From the human T2T-CHM13v2.0 reference genome, Homo sapiens, in NCBI RefSeq assembly GCF_009914755.1, contig NC_060940.1: a stretch of 64,000 nt of DNA. One strand, written 5' to 3'. Under the pieces are notes generated by a model. That model searched no databases. It saw only the letters and a list, made by a program, of their open reading frames with translations, and was not told where the DNA came from. The position numbers and the translations under genes are program-made. Shown here one piece after another: positions 13,531 through 27,225 of this stretch. Numbering within the stretch: position 1 is the stretch's first letter; every line of letters starts with the position of its first letter.

Positions 13531-15374
13531 CATGACAGTGTTGACGTGTGAAAGTGTTAGCCAAATTGCCAACCAAAAAAACACTTTCCACACAAAGAGA
13601 GATTCTGGAGGACAGAGGCCAGTGAGAGGTGAAGGGCTATTCTGGATTGATGAACTGCAGAATCGGGAGCTGGGGGAGGGGTTAAAAGGAGCCACTGAAG
13701 AGTTTGTTCCTCTCAAAGAAAAGGCAAAGAAGTGAACTCCATTATTTTGCCTGATGTTGCCTCCTGGGAATACCCTGGGAGACCCTCCCATGGGCTCAGT
13801 TTGGTGCACTGGGTGGAGGAGTCAGGTGGAACGGCAGCCAGGAGCCAAACCTTTGCAGCTGTCTTCGTTCACCGCCTGGAAAATGTCTTTCTCTGAGCAA
13901 CTGGTTTTGCTGCTTTCTTTAATTAGACAATGAAAGCTCTACAATTCCTTGAGTTGTCTCACCGCCTTGGCTGACAAGCAAGAGCTAAATTTAATGCTCA
14001 ATTTCAGGAAAAAATTATCTGCAGTCTCTATTCATCTCCCTTTCCAAGTGCTTTCTGATCTCTTTATCTTAAATATCATCCTTCATTTATTTCATCTTTT
14101 TTATTTAAATGTTACCTACAATTACTCTTGAAAGAGGCAGAAAATAAATGATAAGGAAGCAAATACTTCCTGGGAAGAAGGAAGTACTCACCAGGTGTTT
14201 GAACTTTTTTCTTGGCACTAAATTCTAGGAGAAAATTATGTATGTGCCCGTATGTATCCAAGGAATGTTGGGCACCATAGTGGAAAATACCTTTATGTGT
14301 AATTGTATGAATGAGGCATAGTTTGTCTTCATGAGACTCTGTCTTATACCTGAGGTGGATAAACCCTGAAGACATGCATTAAATCTCAGAGTGACCTGAA
14401 TTTCCTGGTCATCAACTCACTAAGCTCTTCCTTGGTTCACACAAAGGACAGCTTGTGGTGCTGCACAGCTTGACTCCAAGTATGGAAACAAAAGTAAAGA
14501 TTCTGCTGTTGGGATTCAGAAGCCACTCTGAAGGTCAGAGAGCAAGAATATTAACAAAGCTGTTTACCTGAGAGCCTTCCACCTGGACCAAGTTTCAGAT
14601 TTGGCGCCTGAGGATTGAGAGAGTGAATGAGTAGAAAGAGAGAGCCGCGTGACTCTAAATCACAGCACCTGTGCTGGAACGGAAGGGCCTTTTTTTTTTT
14701 TTGTAAACCCACATAGATGCACGCATTCCATTTGGATGGTGCCTGCATGGAGTGTGATAAGGTTTCTGAGCAGATTAATGTTTGAGGCTCCTCGAGGGGA
14801 CAGGCTGATGGGATTGAACTTCAGTATTTCTTAGCACTCCCAAGGCCATGGCAACTCACTAGAGCCTTCCCCAGTTTTAAGTGAAACTTATAGGAAGTAA
14901 GCAGCCCCTCCCCCATGCTGCTAAGTCTCTCGCTGCCACAGTTCACTGCGGAAGTTGTCCCAAGCTTGGGGTTGATAGATGAGGTCCCTTCCTTGGCTTC
15001 TGATTAAGTGGCAGATATCTCAGGTGCACGCCAGTGTTATGTGACATTTCCAAGAACATCACAACTTAGGGAAGGTGCCTCTCAAAGCTAGACATGCTTG
15101 CAAAGTGCCCTTGGGTTTTCATGGCACCAAACCAGAAATTAATGGCATAAAAAGAGAAGCCCCGGCACAATGGGAAAAAAAGACTGGCCCTTGAGCCCTG
15201 AGAAAGAGGTGACAGAATAGTGCACCAGTGAAATCATTAGACTTCAGGGCTCATGCTTGGATTACAGATATTCATGATTAGATTACAGATATTCATGAGC
15301 ATGACTGTACCTCAGTTTTCTTATTAGCAGAATGGAGATAATGACCCATCAGCCTAGGAGGGAAAAAAATTTTA

Positions 15375-15560
<186 letters not shown>

Positions 15561-15924
15561 TCAAAAAAAAAAAAAAAAGAAAAAGAAAAAGAAAAAGAAA
15601 AAAGAAAAAAGAGGGATAGAGTGGGGGAGAAGGAAAGAAAGAAAAGGTTGTTTAAGTCATTTTCCAGTGTTGATGATGACCTTGCTATATTTCAGACCCA
15701 TTGGTTATTTGTATCCGAAGCAATCATTGTAAAGCATGTATTTAACATCAGGCATATCAGGTGTTGGTATTTAATATGGGTCTCCATTTATATGAGACAA
15801 TGGGCATATGTTCATGGCTCACCTGTCTCAGTGGCCCCTGAACACAAGAAGCCAGTGAACAAGAAGTAGGCTGGCGAGCTTTATTGCTGGAGAAGCTGGG
15901 ATTTAGAATTCCTTGCTTAAATAG

Positions 15925-16434
15925 GGGCTGGGTGCAGTGGTTCACACCTGTAATCACAGCACTTTGGGAGGTGGAGGCGGGCAGATCACCTGAGGTCAGG
16001 AGTTCGAAACCAGCCTGGCCAACATGGTGAAACCCCCGTCTCTACTAAAAAAAAAAAAAAAGTGCAAACATTAGCTGGGCATAGTGACAGGTGCCTGTAA
16101 TCCCAGCCCAGCTATTCGGGAGGCTAAGGCATGAGAATAGCTTGAACCCGGGAGGCAGAGGTTGCAGTGAGCCAAGATCACGTCACTTCCCTCCAGCCTG
16201 GGCCACAGAGCAAGACTCCATCTCAAAAAAAAAAAAAAAAAAGCAGACTTCCTTGCTTAAATAGGGGCCAGGTGCGGTGGCTCACACCTGTAATCCCAGC
16301 TACTTAGGAGGCTGAGGCAGGAGAATCGCTTGAACCCGGGAGGCAGAGGTTGCAGTGAGCCGAGATCGTGTCACTTCACTCCCGTCTAGGCCACAGAGCA
16401 AGACTCCGCCTCAAAATAAAAAAAATAAAAAAAA
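15925..16434 (+). mobile_element. AluS followed by a recombinant Alu monomer; TSD present three times
   Basis: TTCCTTGCTTAAATAG at 15909, 16249 and 16435. Confidence 0.9.
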
Positions 16435-16973
16435 TTCCTTGCTTAAATAGATGAGACTTAGGAAAGAGTGGTCCAGGAGGCTAGAAGGCAAGACCAGGGA
16501 GCTTTCCTGGCATTCTCTTCATCACCTGCAGTGAGCCAGTTTGGCCTTGAGTTAACCGAGGCCCAGTGAGGTCGAGGAAATATATACAAGTCATACATAG
16601 ATCATGACTGTCACAATAGCTACCTTTTATTTTTCAAGTGCTTGCTGATGTGGCTTATATTCATTCCCTCACGTAATCATCGCAACACCTCCATGAGGCA
16701 TGAACTTTTAGTGTACCCATTTTACAGGTGAGGCAGCTGAGTCTCAGGAAGGTTGACTACCTTCCCCAAAGCAATGCAGCCAGTAAGTGAAAGAGAGGCT
16801 TTAACCTCTATCTGTCTGACTCCAAAATCCATGCTTTGCATTCATCTAAGCCACTTATCCTGGGATGAGATGAGAGAAAGGTGTGGGTGTTTGTGTTTGT
16901 GAATGTGGACGTGGGCTCCTTGCGTCGGGACCATCCCCTGAACCTGCTCTTACCCTCTCCCTGTATTTCCTAG

Positions 16974-17090
16974 GAAATGAATATTCAACAGCTCACCAAC
17001 TACAGAAAGAGCGTCATGTCCTTGGCAGAGGCAGGGAAGCTCTACCGCAAGGACCTGGAGATTGTGCTCTGCAGCGAGCCCCCCATGTAA
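16974..17090 (+). CDS. CALB2: Calretinin exon 11 coding part (EMNIQQ...CSEPPM*)
   Basis: ttcctag acceptor; TAA at 17088-17090; matches the calretinin C-terminus. Confidence 0.97.
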   Translation, partial: EMNIQQLTNYRKSVMSLAEAGKLYRKDLEIVLCSEPPM

Positions 17091-17625
17091 AGTGGGGACG
17101 GGGGCTGCTTCTCCACCTCCCCCAAACCCTGCTTCTGCTGCCCTGATGCGTCTACCCAGACTCAGAGACCGTGAGCGCCCCGCCCCCACCCCTACAGCCT
17201 GCACACACCTGCCTGCAGAGCAGGAAACGAGAGATAGAGGATGGGCAGCTGGGGGGCTGTCCTGAGCCCCCTGCACCCACCCCTGCCCAGGCAGTCTTTG
17301 CTCAGTGGATCACACACATGGAAGGTGATGGGGGCATGGGTGGAGGGTCCCTAATTCTCTTCGCTGTGATGCATGAGCTCCCTCGCTGTATGATTTAGGC
17401 TTCTATGTCCAACAGAGTGGACTCTTCCCTCTCGCTCCCCTCTGCCGGTCCCCCATGCCACCACCCACCCCAAACTTCCAGGTTCCATCCACCACCTTGC
17501 CAATGGTGTAGCTGTCCTCTCAGAACTCCTGTGTGTGGAAGGCACCCGCCCTTTCCTTGCCTTCTTTACTCGGCGTGCTCCTTTTCTCTTTGGGTTTCTT
17601 GTTTACCAAAGAAGAGTTTACAGAC

Positions 17626-17631
17626 AATAAA
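17626..17631 (+). terminator. CALB2: CALB2 polyadenylation signal AATAAA
   Basis: Canonical hexamer ~540 nt after the stop codon. Confidence 0.85.
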
Positions 17632-17936
17632 ATGGAAAGGTCCTGCTGTGGAAACTTACCCAATCTTGTCTAGTGGTCAACTTCTCTCTACAGTTAGCAG
17701 CTCTGCCTGACAAAGGGAGGGCCTATTCTCACGTGGATGGAGGAGGGTAATGGGACCCACCCAAGTGGGGCATAGGACCCCCAAGACTCTATGGCTTTCA
17801 CTCACCATTCATTGCCTATCTCTTCACCAACCTGAGTCACTTCTTAGTTTCATGTTTCTTTCTATATCTCTGAGATTATAACATAGCTGACAAGTTCAAT
17901 GAAGTCTTACTAAGGGTAGTATTAGTATTGTGCTCA

Positions 17937-18743
<807 letters not shown>

Positions 18744-19338
18744 TTATACCAATGGGGTCCCTACCACTGGGACTAAGTGATCTCCACCAAGCAGGAAGGA
18801 CCTCCAGCCAGAAGCTCTAGACCACCAGAACTTAACTTCTCCTCCTCAAAGTGCAAGTTACCCAACACCCGATCGCATGCCTCTTGGTGTAGGGCCAGCT
18901 TGGCCTTTGGGTTCACAGAGCTCTTAGATCCTACAATAGAGAGATGACAGATTTTTTTTCATGCTGTCACATATTGATTGTCTACAAGATGTATTTTAAC
19001 AACACTACCTCATTTAATCTCACAACAATCCTACCAGACGGATACTATTTTCAGATAAAGCAACTAAGGCTCAAAGACATTAGGGGATGGGGTCGGGGGA
19101 AATTAGGGACTCAAATTTACTTGCCTCCCTCATGTCTCAGGGCCCTATGCTTTCCCCCACTGGCACCCTTACCTTGGGGCAGGAGCTTTGCCTCTGCAAA
19201 CTTGCAGCCCTTTTCAGTTCAGCCATATCTGCCGTTGGACCACAGGAGACGAGGAACTCCTTCCAGGCCATCCTAGAGGTCTTCTTAATCTTCATGTATG
19301 CTCTTAATTGTATATTTGTAGTTTTAAAAATTCTCAGT

Positions 19339-19626
19339 TGGTCAAGGTGTCTCACATCTGTAATCCCAGCACTTTGGGAGGCCGAGGTGGGTAGATGGCT
19401 TGAGCTCAGGAGTTTGAGACCAGCCTGGGAAACATAGTGAAACCCCATCTCTACAAAATATACAAAAAATTAGCTGGGTATGATGGCATGCGCATGTGCT
19501 CCCAGCTACTCAGGAGGTTGAGGGTGGGAGGATTGCTTGACCTGGGAGGTCGAGGCGCTGCAGTGAGCCAAGATCACGCCATTGCACTCAGCCTGGGTGA
19601 CAGAGTGAGACCCTATTTCAAAAAAT
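19339..19626 (+). mobile_element. AluJ
   Basis: Diverged Alu dimer. Confidence 0.85.
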
Positions 19627-20399
19627 GTTTTTCCTTATGCGTACTCTCTAGAGCCACAAGAATGATCCAGATGACCCCAAAATCTTTACATTCCTTTTGC
19701 TTGCCATAGGAACTAAGTACCACAACCATCTGAAGCCTCGGTCGGTGCTTTATCCTCTACCCACCTATTGTCCCTGTCCCTACCAGTGATCATTTGAGGA
19801 TTTGTGATGCCACCACCTGTGATGAAAAAAATCCATGTTCTGTTTCCCTCTGACAAAGAGGCCATCCCTGTCTTTCTTGAATAATTTATCAACCCAACCC
19901 CAGAATATCCAGATCTTGTTTCCTAGGGCCATCTCCAGTACAAGTTACTAATTCAGTATAGATCCCAATAGAAAACAGACAGCACCTTCCATTCATATCA
20001 TTCAAGGAGGATTTGTTCACAAACATCTTTTATATGCATGTGAGTGAAATACAAGGGACTCATAAGGGATAGTGGTGAACCAGGGACTAGTGACAGGGAA
20101 GTTGCTGTTACCACACTTAGGCCCAAAGGAATGAGAGGAACCCAGAAAGGAAGAGTTGTGCAGGGAATGTCACATGTTCTGTTCAAGCACACAGCCAAGC
20201 CCAGATTAGCTCTTATGGAGTAAACACATGCCCCCTCCTCCCTGCTTCCTTCCTATCTCCTTCTAGGGTTCCACATTGCCTGAAGCCAGAGGGCCAGGAG
20301 CCTACTAATGGAATCCACACAGGCCAGACTCAAGGGCAGAAAACAAGCGGGGAAGGGTGGGGAGTGATGAAGAGGTATAGCAAGGACACACCCAACACA

Positions 20400-20740
20400 C
20401 TCAGAAACTAGAGACACCAGTGGGCAATGAATATGTGAACCTGAAGTTCTGGAAGATGTCGGGGCTAGAAATATGAATTTGTAAAACATCTGTGCAAAGA
20501 TGGGTTTTAAGGTGGTGGGAATGGCATGAGATTCCCCCAGGAGATACTAGAAAGGAGGTCTGAGATAGGATCTCTGGGCCCTCCCATAGTGAGAGCTCTG
20601 GAAGGGAAGAGGGCACGGCCAGGCAGGCAGAGAGAAACCAGGAGGGTATGGTTTCCTGAAAGACAAGTGAAAAGTGGTGTCTGAAGATGAGGTAAGTGAT
20701 CAAAGGTATCAGATACTGCTGAGATGTATGAGGGCTGAGA
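20400..20740. mobile_element. L2 fragment
   Basis: Resembles recalled L2 consensus phrases. Confidence 0.55.
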
Positions 20741-21807
20741 TTTCAATGCCTGCTTATCTCCTTATCCAAGTCCTCCAAAAGGATAATGGGAACTCCTAGA
20801 GGTGGGGGCTGTGTTTTTTGAGGAGTGCATGGCCACAAGAGTGCACAAATGAATGAATGAGTGACTCCACCTTCAGGGAAAGAGGGCGGGTGTGAGTCTG
20901 AACTTAACTTGAGAAACCCTTTAGGGAATGATAAAATAATAACAGCTCCAAGAACCTCAGGACATGAGCCAGTCAGAATGTGTTACCTTTGCAGTAGTCA
21001 GGTCTTTGGAAAGTGACAGAAATCCAGGTACGACTGGCTCAGGCAAAACAGAGAATTAGTGGATAGAAGCTGGACTATCTCATATGTCTGGAAGGGCCTC
21101 CTGGACAACCTGAACTGGGAACACACATACTGCCAGGAGTCTTCTCTCTCTTATTTCTGCTTTGCTGTAACTGATGGCTTTATTTTCTCAGACTGATGTC
21201 TTCCATATGGCAGGAAACATGACCTTAGCTGGCTATATCCCCACCATCTAGAACGATGCCAAGCACACAGTAGGTGCTCAATAAACATTTGTCACATGAA
21301 TTCATTGGCTCAAAGCTACACATTTGGCAAAGGACTGTTTCTCTTCCCTTAGTTCTAGTTCAAAATGCCACAGAGGAGGAGCTGTAATTGACCCACCTTT
21401 GGTCACATGCTCACCTCTGACCAATCACTCATGGCCAGCAGGTGGGGTGACCCTCTTAGAATCAGACATGTGGGACAGGGGATGGGAATTCCAAAGAGTA
21501 GATGAGTGATCCAGTCCCCAGCAGGGAACAGTGGTCACCCAAGAAATCCCCATTTTACAACTGAAAAAAATCGAGGCCATCAAGTTCTGGGGAAAGTATC
21601 TTTCCCCAGATCACAAGACCACCCAGAAGGAAAGAGTTGTACAGAGAATGCCACATGTTTAGCTCAAGCACTGGAGCCCAGGTCTTCTTCACTCTTGGCC
21701 CACTGACAGTAGGAAAGGATTGAAGGAAGAAAGGGCAAGACAACAGGAATTAACATGTTAGAACTTGAAAACTTGGGGGAAGGGATGTTGGATGCATATG
21801 GAAGATG

Positions 21808-21987
21808 GGGTGCATATGTCAACACATGGACATGTATGTTAATGAACCTGCAGGAAGGGACAGGATGCCTATGTCAACATGTTGGCATGTATGTAAGTGA
21901 ACCTGCAAGAAAGGACAGGATACATATGTCAACACGTGGGCATATATGTAAACGAACCTGCAAGAGGGCCTGGGATGCATATGTCAA
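21808..21987 (+). repeat. 55-bp tandem repeat, ~3.3 copies
   Basis: Equivalent positions at 21811, 21866, 21921 and 21976. Confidence 0.9.
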
Positions 21988-23435
21988 TGCATGCACAGGT
22001 ACACAAGTAGCCAACAAGGGGTCTGGGAGACCACGCAGGACTGACGGTGGATGTGGAGGGGCACGGGATTGGGTGTGACACATAGAGTGAGACTGGAACT
22101 TCATCCAGAAGAAACCCTTCTTCCCAAGGCATATTTGCATCCTGTTGGAGTCATAACAAATTAGAAACTTCTCAGCCCTCCTTCTTCTAGTTCTGGGTAA
22201 GGGTTAAGAGAGAAACAGAGGGAACGGGGCTGTGTTTTCACTCTTGTGGGCCCTGGGCACTTTTGCTTTGGTGAACACCTTCCTCCATAAAAAGTATTGT
22301 AACATATACTGTATGACTGCATTGGTATAAAGACGAATATGTTGATATTCTTTACTAAAACATTTTATTCAACCTAAGATGTCATCTTTCCTCAGCTTTT
22401 AAAAAGAAATTAGGACATTTTTGTGTGTTCCTTAAAGTGGCCTGGGTGCTGAGCACTGCACTGACTAGATCTGATGGAGAAGACAGACCAGAGAGGGAGT
22501 GGCCATCACATTTTCGGGTGGGCTTTGGGTCAGGAGCCACACACACATATAGGCAGGGGCTCTTGTTGTTTTAAAGGTATAGTGGCTAGATGTAGTTCCT
22601 AGCTAAAGCCAAGAAGAATATGTGGGGTGACGGCGTCTCCAAGTGTCGTATCAGGAAAACTGGTCAGGAAATAGAAAATGGCCCAGCACAGAGAACCATG
22701 GAATCCCTCAACAGGGCTCCTCTTCTGATGATCAAAGTATTTTGGACCTTGACTTCATGCCCTGTTTTGTTTTGTTTCAGGGTAATTGGTGGCTAAAAGT
22801 TGAGCAGGTAAAAGCACACACAAAAAATATTAAAGACCAGTACAAGGTGATACCATTAGAACAGGTTTTGGGGTCACATACCCTGTGTTGGGTTCTCTCC
22901 TAAGCATATTCCTGGGGTTAGCTAGCTTGATCCTCATACCAGTCCTGTGGGAAAGGTACTACTATTGTCTCCTCTTTATAGAAACAGTGGCACAGATCAG
23001 CAAAGCAACTTACCTAAAGTAACACAGCAAGTCAGTGGTAGAGTCAGAATTCAACCAGAAGCAGTTTGATCCCATGACTTGTGTTCACAATGGCTATACT
23101 TTTCAGTACAGGGGCTGAATAAATAGTAGAGAGTGTTCATTCACCTCAGATATTCATTGAACATCTGCCACCATCTAGGCCCCAGGCTAGATGCTAGGGA
23201 CACAGTAGTGAATGCAACAATCTCTGGCTGCTGGAAGCTTAAAGGCTGAGAAGAGGAAACTAGAAACTCAGTGTGATGATACTAGTGGGTTCAAAGAAAG
23301 CCCAGGAAGAGAGCCCTAACCTAGATTTGGAGTTGGGCTGAAGTCTGGACGAGGTGAGGAATAAGCAGAGACCTGGAAGTAATGTAGGATTTGGTCAGGA
23401 GAAGGGGTAAAAGGAAAGAAAACCATCTCAGGCAG

Positions 23436-23805
23436 TGATATGGTTTGGCAATGTTGCCACCCAAATCTCATCTTGAATTGTAGTTCCTATAATCCCCATG
23501 TGTCGTGGGAGGGACCCAATGGGAGGTAATTGAATCATGGGAGCGGTCACCCTCATGCTGTTCTGACAATAGTGAGTTCTCCCAAGATCTGTTATTTTAC
23601 AAGGGGCTTTCCCCCTTTTGCTCAGCACTTCTTGATTCTGCCAGGTGAAGAAGGACACGTTTGCTTCCCCTTCTGCCATGATTCTAAGTTTCCTGAGGCC
23701 TCCCCAGCCACGATGAACTGTGAGTCAATTAAATCTCTTTCCTTTATAAATTACCCAGTCTCTCAGGTATGTCTTTGCTAGCAGCGTGAGAACAGACTAA
23801 ATACA
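23436..23805 (+). mobile_element. MaLR solo LTR (THE1/MST type)
   Basis: TGATATGGTTTGG...GACTAAATACA termini; 5-bp TSD GGCAG/AGCAG. Confidence 0.9.
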
Positions 23806-24324
23806 AGCAGGAAAAAAAAATAGCATCAACAGTGGCACCAAGGCCAGAGGTAGCCTGGCTCATGTCGGGGAACTGCAAGCCACTCAACCGAGAGGAAGCT
23901 CGGAGGGAGAAGCAAGAAATAAAACTCAAAGGGTAGCCAGGACCAGCTCACGAAGGGCCCTGCAGGCCTGCTGGGTCTTTGGACTTTACTCTTTTCCCAG
24001 CCTGCAGTGTGGCTCCTTTTCTCCTTCCAGGCTTGGCTCAAATGTCACCTCTCTCACTGAAACCCGATTAGGCCGCAGCCTTCCACCACCCTACACTCTA
24101 CAACCTCCCCGGCCATATTTTTCTCCACAGGACGTTGACCATGTGAGACAGGTTTTGGCGGCTCCCCCAGTAGAAGCCCACAAGGGTGGCTGACTCATGT
24201 ATTGCTCTTCCTGCCTACATCCACTGAACCCACACACCTAGGGGTACCTGCCCCTTTCAGGGCTCCCCCTCACCGAGTACCCCTCTCCTCTCCAGAACAA
24301 TCAAGTCTCAGGGGCCAAGCAAGC

Positions 24325-24720
24325 TGTGGAGGGCTGAATAATCCCCACCAAAGCTGTCCGTGTCCTAATCCTGGGGCATGGTGAATACATGATCTCACGT
24401 GGCAGAAGGGAATTAAGGTTGCTAATCAGATGACCATAAAATAGGGGGATATCCTGGCTTGTTTGGGTGGGCCAATGTAACCACAGGGGCCCTTCTGTGT
24501 GAGGGAGGGAGGCAGAATTGTCAGGGTCAGAGTGACGCAATGGAAGAAATCCTCCACCGGCCATAACAGGCTTTGAAGATGGAAGAGGTGGCGTCTAGAA
24601 GCTGGAAAAGGCAGGGAAAGAGATCCTCCTCTGGAGCCGCCAGAGGGAACACAGCCCTGCCAAGACCTTGATTTTAGCCAAGTGAGATCCAGTTTGGACT
24701 TCTGACCTCCGGATCAGAAG
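24325..24720 (+). mobile_element. MLT1-type MaLR LTR fragment
   Basis: MLT1 phrases (AATTAAGGTTGCTAATCAG, CTAGAAGCTGGAAAAGGC, ACCTTGATTTTAGCC). Confidence 0.8.
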
Positions 24721-25142
24721 ATGCTGCCTCTACTTCTGGGTGTATGTTCTGCAGCTGCCCCAGGGCTCACAGGAACTCAGGTACTTCCATGTTTGGAAGT
24801 CCTTAGACAAGGTGCCTACTAGGTACACTCTTTCCTGCTTAGCAGGTGTGAATCCTCCGAACTGTATGCCAAGGGAGCAGCTGTGCTGAGCTGACCTGCA
24901 CATACCAATCCCACAGTGAGGCAGAAGAAAAGCCGAAGAGATGGGGGCTCCAGAGACTGCCCAGAGGCCTGGCTCAATGTGCTCCGTCCTCCCCACATCT
25001 GTCCTTGGTTTCCACTCAGAGACCACAGTTGGCTGTGGGAAAATGGCCAGACATCTCATTTTGGATCTCAAGTCCCCCATCTGTAGAATGGGGAGCTTGG
25101 AACAGATGGCATCAAAGTGCCCTTCAGAATCTTACTTCCTAA

Positions 25143-25441
25143 GCCGTGCACGGTGGCTCACGCCTGTAATCCCAGCACTTTGGGAGTCCAAGGCGTGGAT
25201 AACCCGCGGTCAGGAGTTCGAGACCAGCCTGGCCAACATGGCGAAATCCTCTCTCTACTAAAAATACAAAAAATTAGCCGGGTGTGGTGGCTCGTGCCCG
25301 TAGTCCCAGCTATTCAGGAGGCTGAAACAGGAGGATCACTTGAGCCTGGGAGGCGGAGGCTGCAGCGAGCCAACATCACACCACTGCGCTCCAGCCTAGG
25401 CAATAGAGCGAGACTCTGTCTCAAAAAAAAAAAAAAAAAAA
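25143..25441 (+). mobile_element. AluS
   Basis: TSD AGAATCTTACTTCCTAA. Confidence 0.92.
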
Positions 25442-25859
25442 AGAATCTTACTTCCTAACCCTTTGATGAAGAAGATACATGAGTGGCAAACAAACACATA
25501 AAATATGATGAACATCAACAGCCATTAGGGAAATGCAAATTAAAACCGCAATGAGGTACCCCTGCATACCAGCCAGAGCCAAGTCTCATTTTAAAATGCT
25601 GTATTGCAGTATATAAAAGCAGAGTCCACTAAATTGTGGTGGGTTACAGAGAGCCAAAGAAGAGAAAAGGTTTCCTCTTAGAGCCTGAAAATAGAACATT
25701 GAAACAACATTAACAAGAGTTTAAAGAAATAACTACAATGAAATTCCCACAGCACCTCATGCAGTCCCATGAAATAAATTCTTGTTCCACTGGATCTTGG
25801 ATCCGCATTCTCTGCTTTCATGAAGTCGTCTGCTTGTGGATTAAAAAAGAGTCCTAGAA

Positions 25860-26234
25860 CTTAGATCTTCGGTGGCCTCATGTAAACCCAGCAGCCAGCC
25901 TCTTCTAGAACCCCAGCCCAGGGACTGGAGCAGGAAAGGGACCTTCAAAGTGAAGACTGCCTTGTCCTGCACCTCCTTCTGGCTTAGATTGAAAAATGGG
26001 CTTCCTAATGGGTTAAATCCTTTAAAACAAGGAGTTGTGGGGGAAGGGTGTCGTGCACTCCTAGAGAAAGGTACACAGTTGCCCAGCTGGGAATGTGCTT
26101 GGCGCTGACCCTGTGGGCATCCAACTGGTCTTCCAGCTCAGGAAAAAGAATTTGAAAGAGGCTTAGCATGAAGGGGAATCAAACAGGAGGTTGTGATTTG
26201 GTCGAAGGTGCCTGGTTTAGTGCTGTAATTGTCT

Positions 26235-26280
<46 letters not shown>

Positions 26281-26332
26281 CTTGGAGTAAACATTTTAAA
26301 TAAACGACATCATTGTCAAAAAAAAAAAAAAA
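25860..26332 (+). pseudogene. 5'-truncated retrocopy of an mRNA 3' UTR (parent gene not identified)
   Basis: AATAAA at 26299-26304, poly(A) at 26318-26332, 17-bp TSD AAAAAAGAGTCCTAGAA (25843-25859 and 26327-26343) at a TT|AAAA site. Confidence 0.88.
26236..26278. repeat. (TA)n microsatellite inside the retrocopy
   Basis: Directly visible. Confidence 0.95.
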
Positions 26333-26593
26333 GAGTCCTAGAAATCCTGATTCAGTCCACTGTTACAATCTGAGAGCTGCTTAAGTGATATCAGTTCAGA
26401 TGCCTTGCTCACGAGTCTATAAAATGCAGACAGTTGGAAGTATCTGGTCCAGTCATTTACCACCAGGCTCTAAAACTGTTCTTTTTCGTTGATGACACCA
26501 ACTGCAGCCTGTAGCTTAGAGGAGAACCTTCAAGCAAGCATCAGAGAAAAGCAAACACTATCTGTAGATGACAGAGACTTCATAGCTGTGGTT

Positions 26594-26886
26594 TTTTTTT
26601 TTTTTTTGAGATGGAGTCTGTCTCTGTCGCCCAGGCTGGAGTGCAGTGGTGCGATCTCGGCTCACTGCAAGCTCCGCCTCCTGGGTTCACACCACTCTCT
26701 GCCCCAGCCTCCCGAGTAGCTGGGTTACAGGCGCCCGCCATCATGCCTGGCTAATCTTTTGTATTTTTAGTAGAGACAGGGTTTCACCGTGTTAGCCAGG
26801 ATGGTCTCGATCTCCTGACCTTGTGATTCGCCTGCATCAGCCTCCCAAAGTGCTGGGATTACAGGCGTGAGCCACCGCGCCCCGCA
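26594..26886 (-). mobile_element. AluY
   Basis: GCAAGCTCCGCC and GTTAGCCAGGATGG diagnostics; TSD AGCTGTGGTT. Confidence 0.9.
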
Positions 26887-26951
26887 GCTGTGGTTAATTG
26901 ATTACTATAACCAATAATGTCAGAATGGAGGAGAGTAAACTTCTCTCTCAG

Positions 26952-27225
26952 GTGGTATCCATCAGTAAACAAGGAGGCAAGCAGATTTTACTAAAATGTA
27001 ATACATTTCATAGTTTCTTTCCAGAATCAGGTATCATAAAACAACATCAATAAAATTCACTTTCCAAATTTTGTCCTTCACAGTGCCCTTTCATATTCTA
27101 AAACAAACTGACAATTAAGACAGGAATTCTGCGAGGTCGAAACAATTTTCATAATAATGCCAAAATATTACTTATGTTACCATGCAATGGGTCCATCACT
27201 GCTATTTTCAAAAGAATTCTTTTAA
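26952..27225 (+). repeat. Copy 1 of a ~270-bp local duplication (copy 2 at 28405-29013, Alu-interrupted); includes a Charlie1-like fragment
   Basis: Near-identical by eye, from GTGGTATCCATCAGTA to GAATTCTTTTAA. Confidence 0.88.

Noticed and set aside
16883-17146. Alternative-frame ORF overlapping CALB2 exon 11
   Set aside because: It would need a phase-1 upstream donor, and none of the CALB2 exons in the window ends in phase 1
21808-21987. Repeat array considered as CRISPR-like
   Set aside because: Eukaryotic DNA; contiguous degenerate units with no unique spacers and no cas genes
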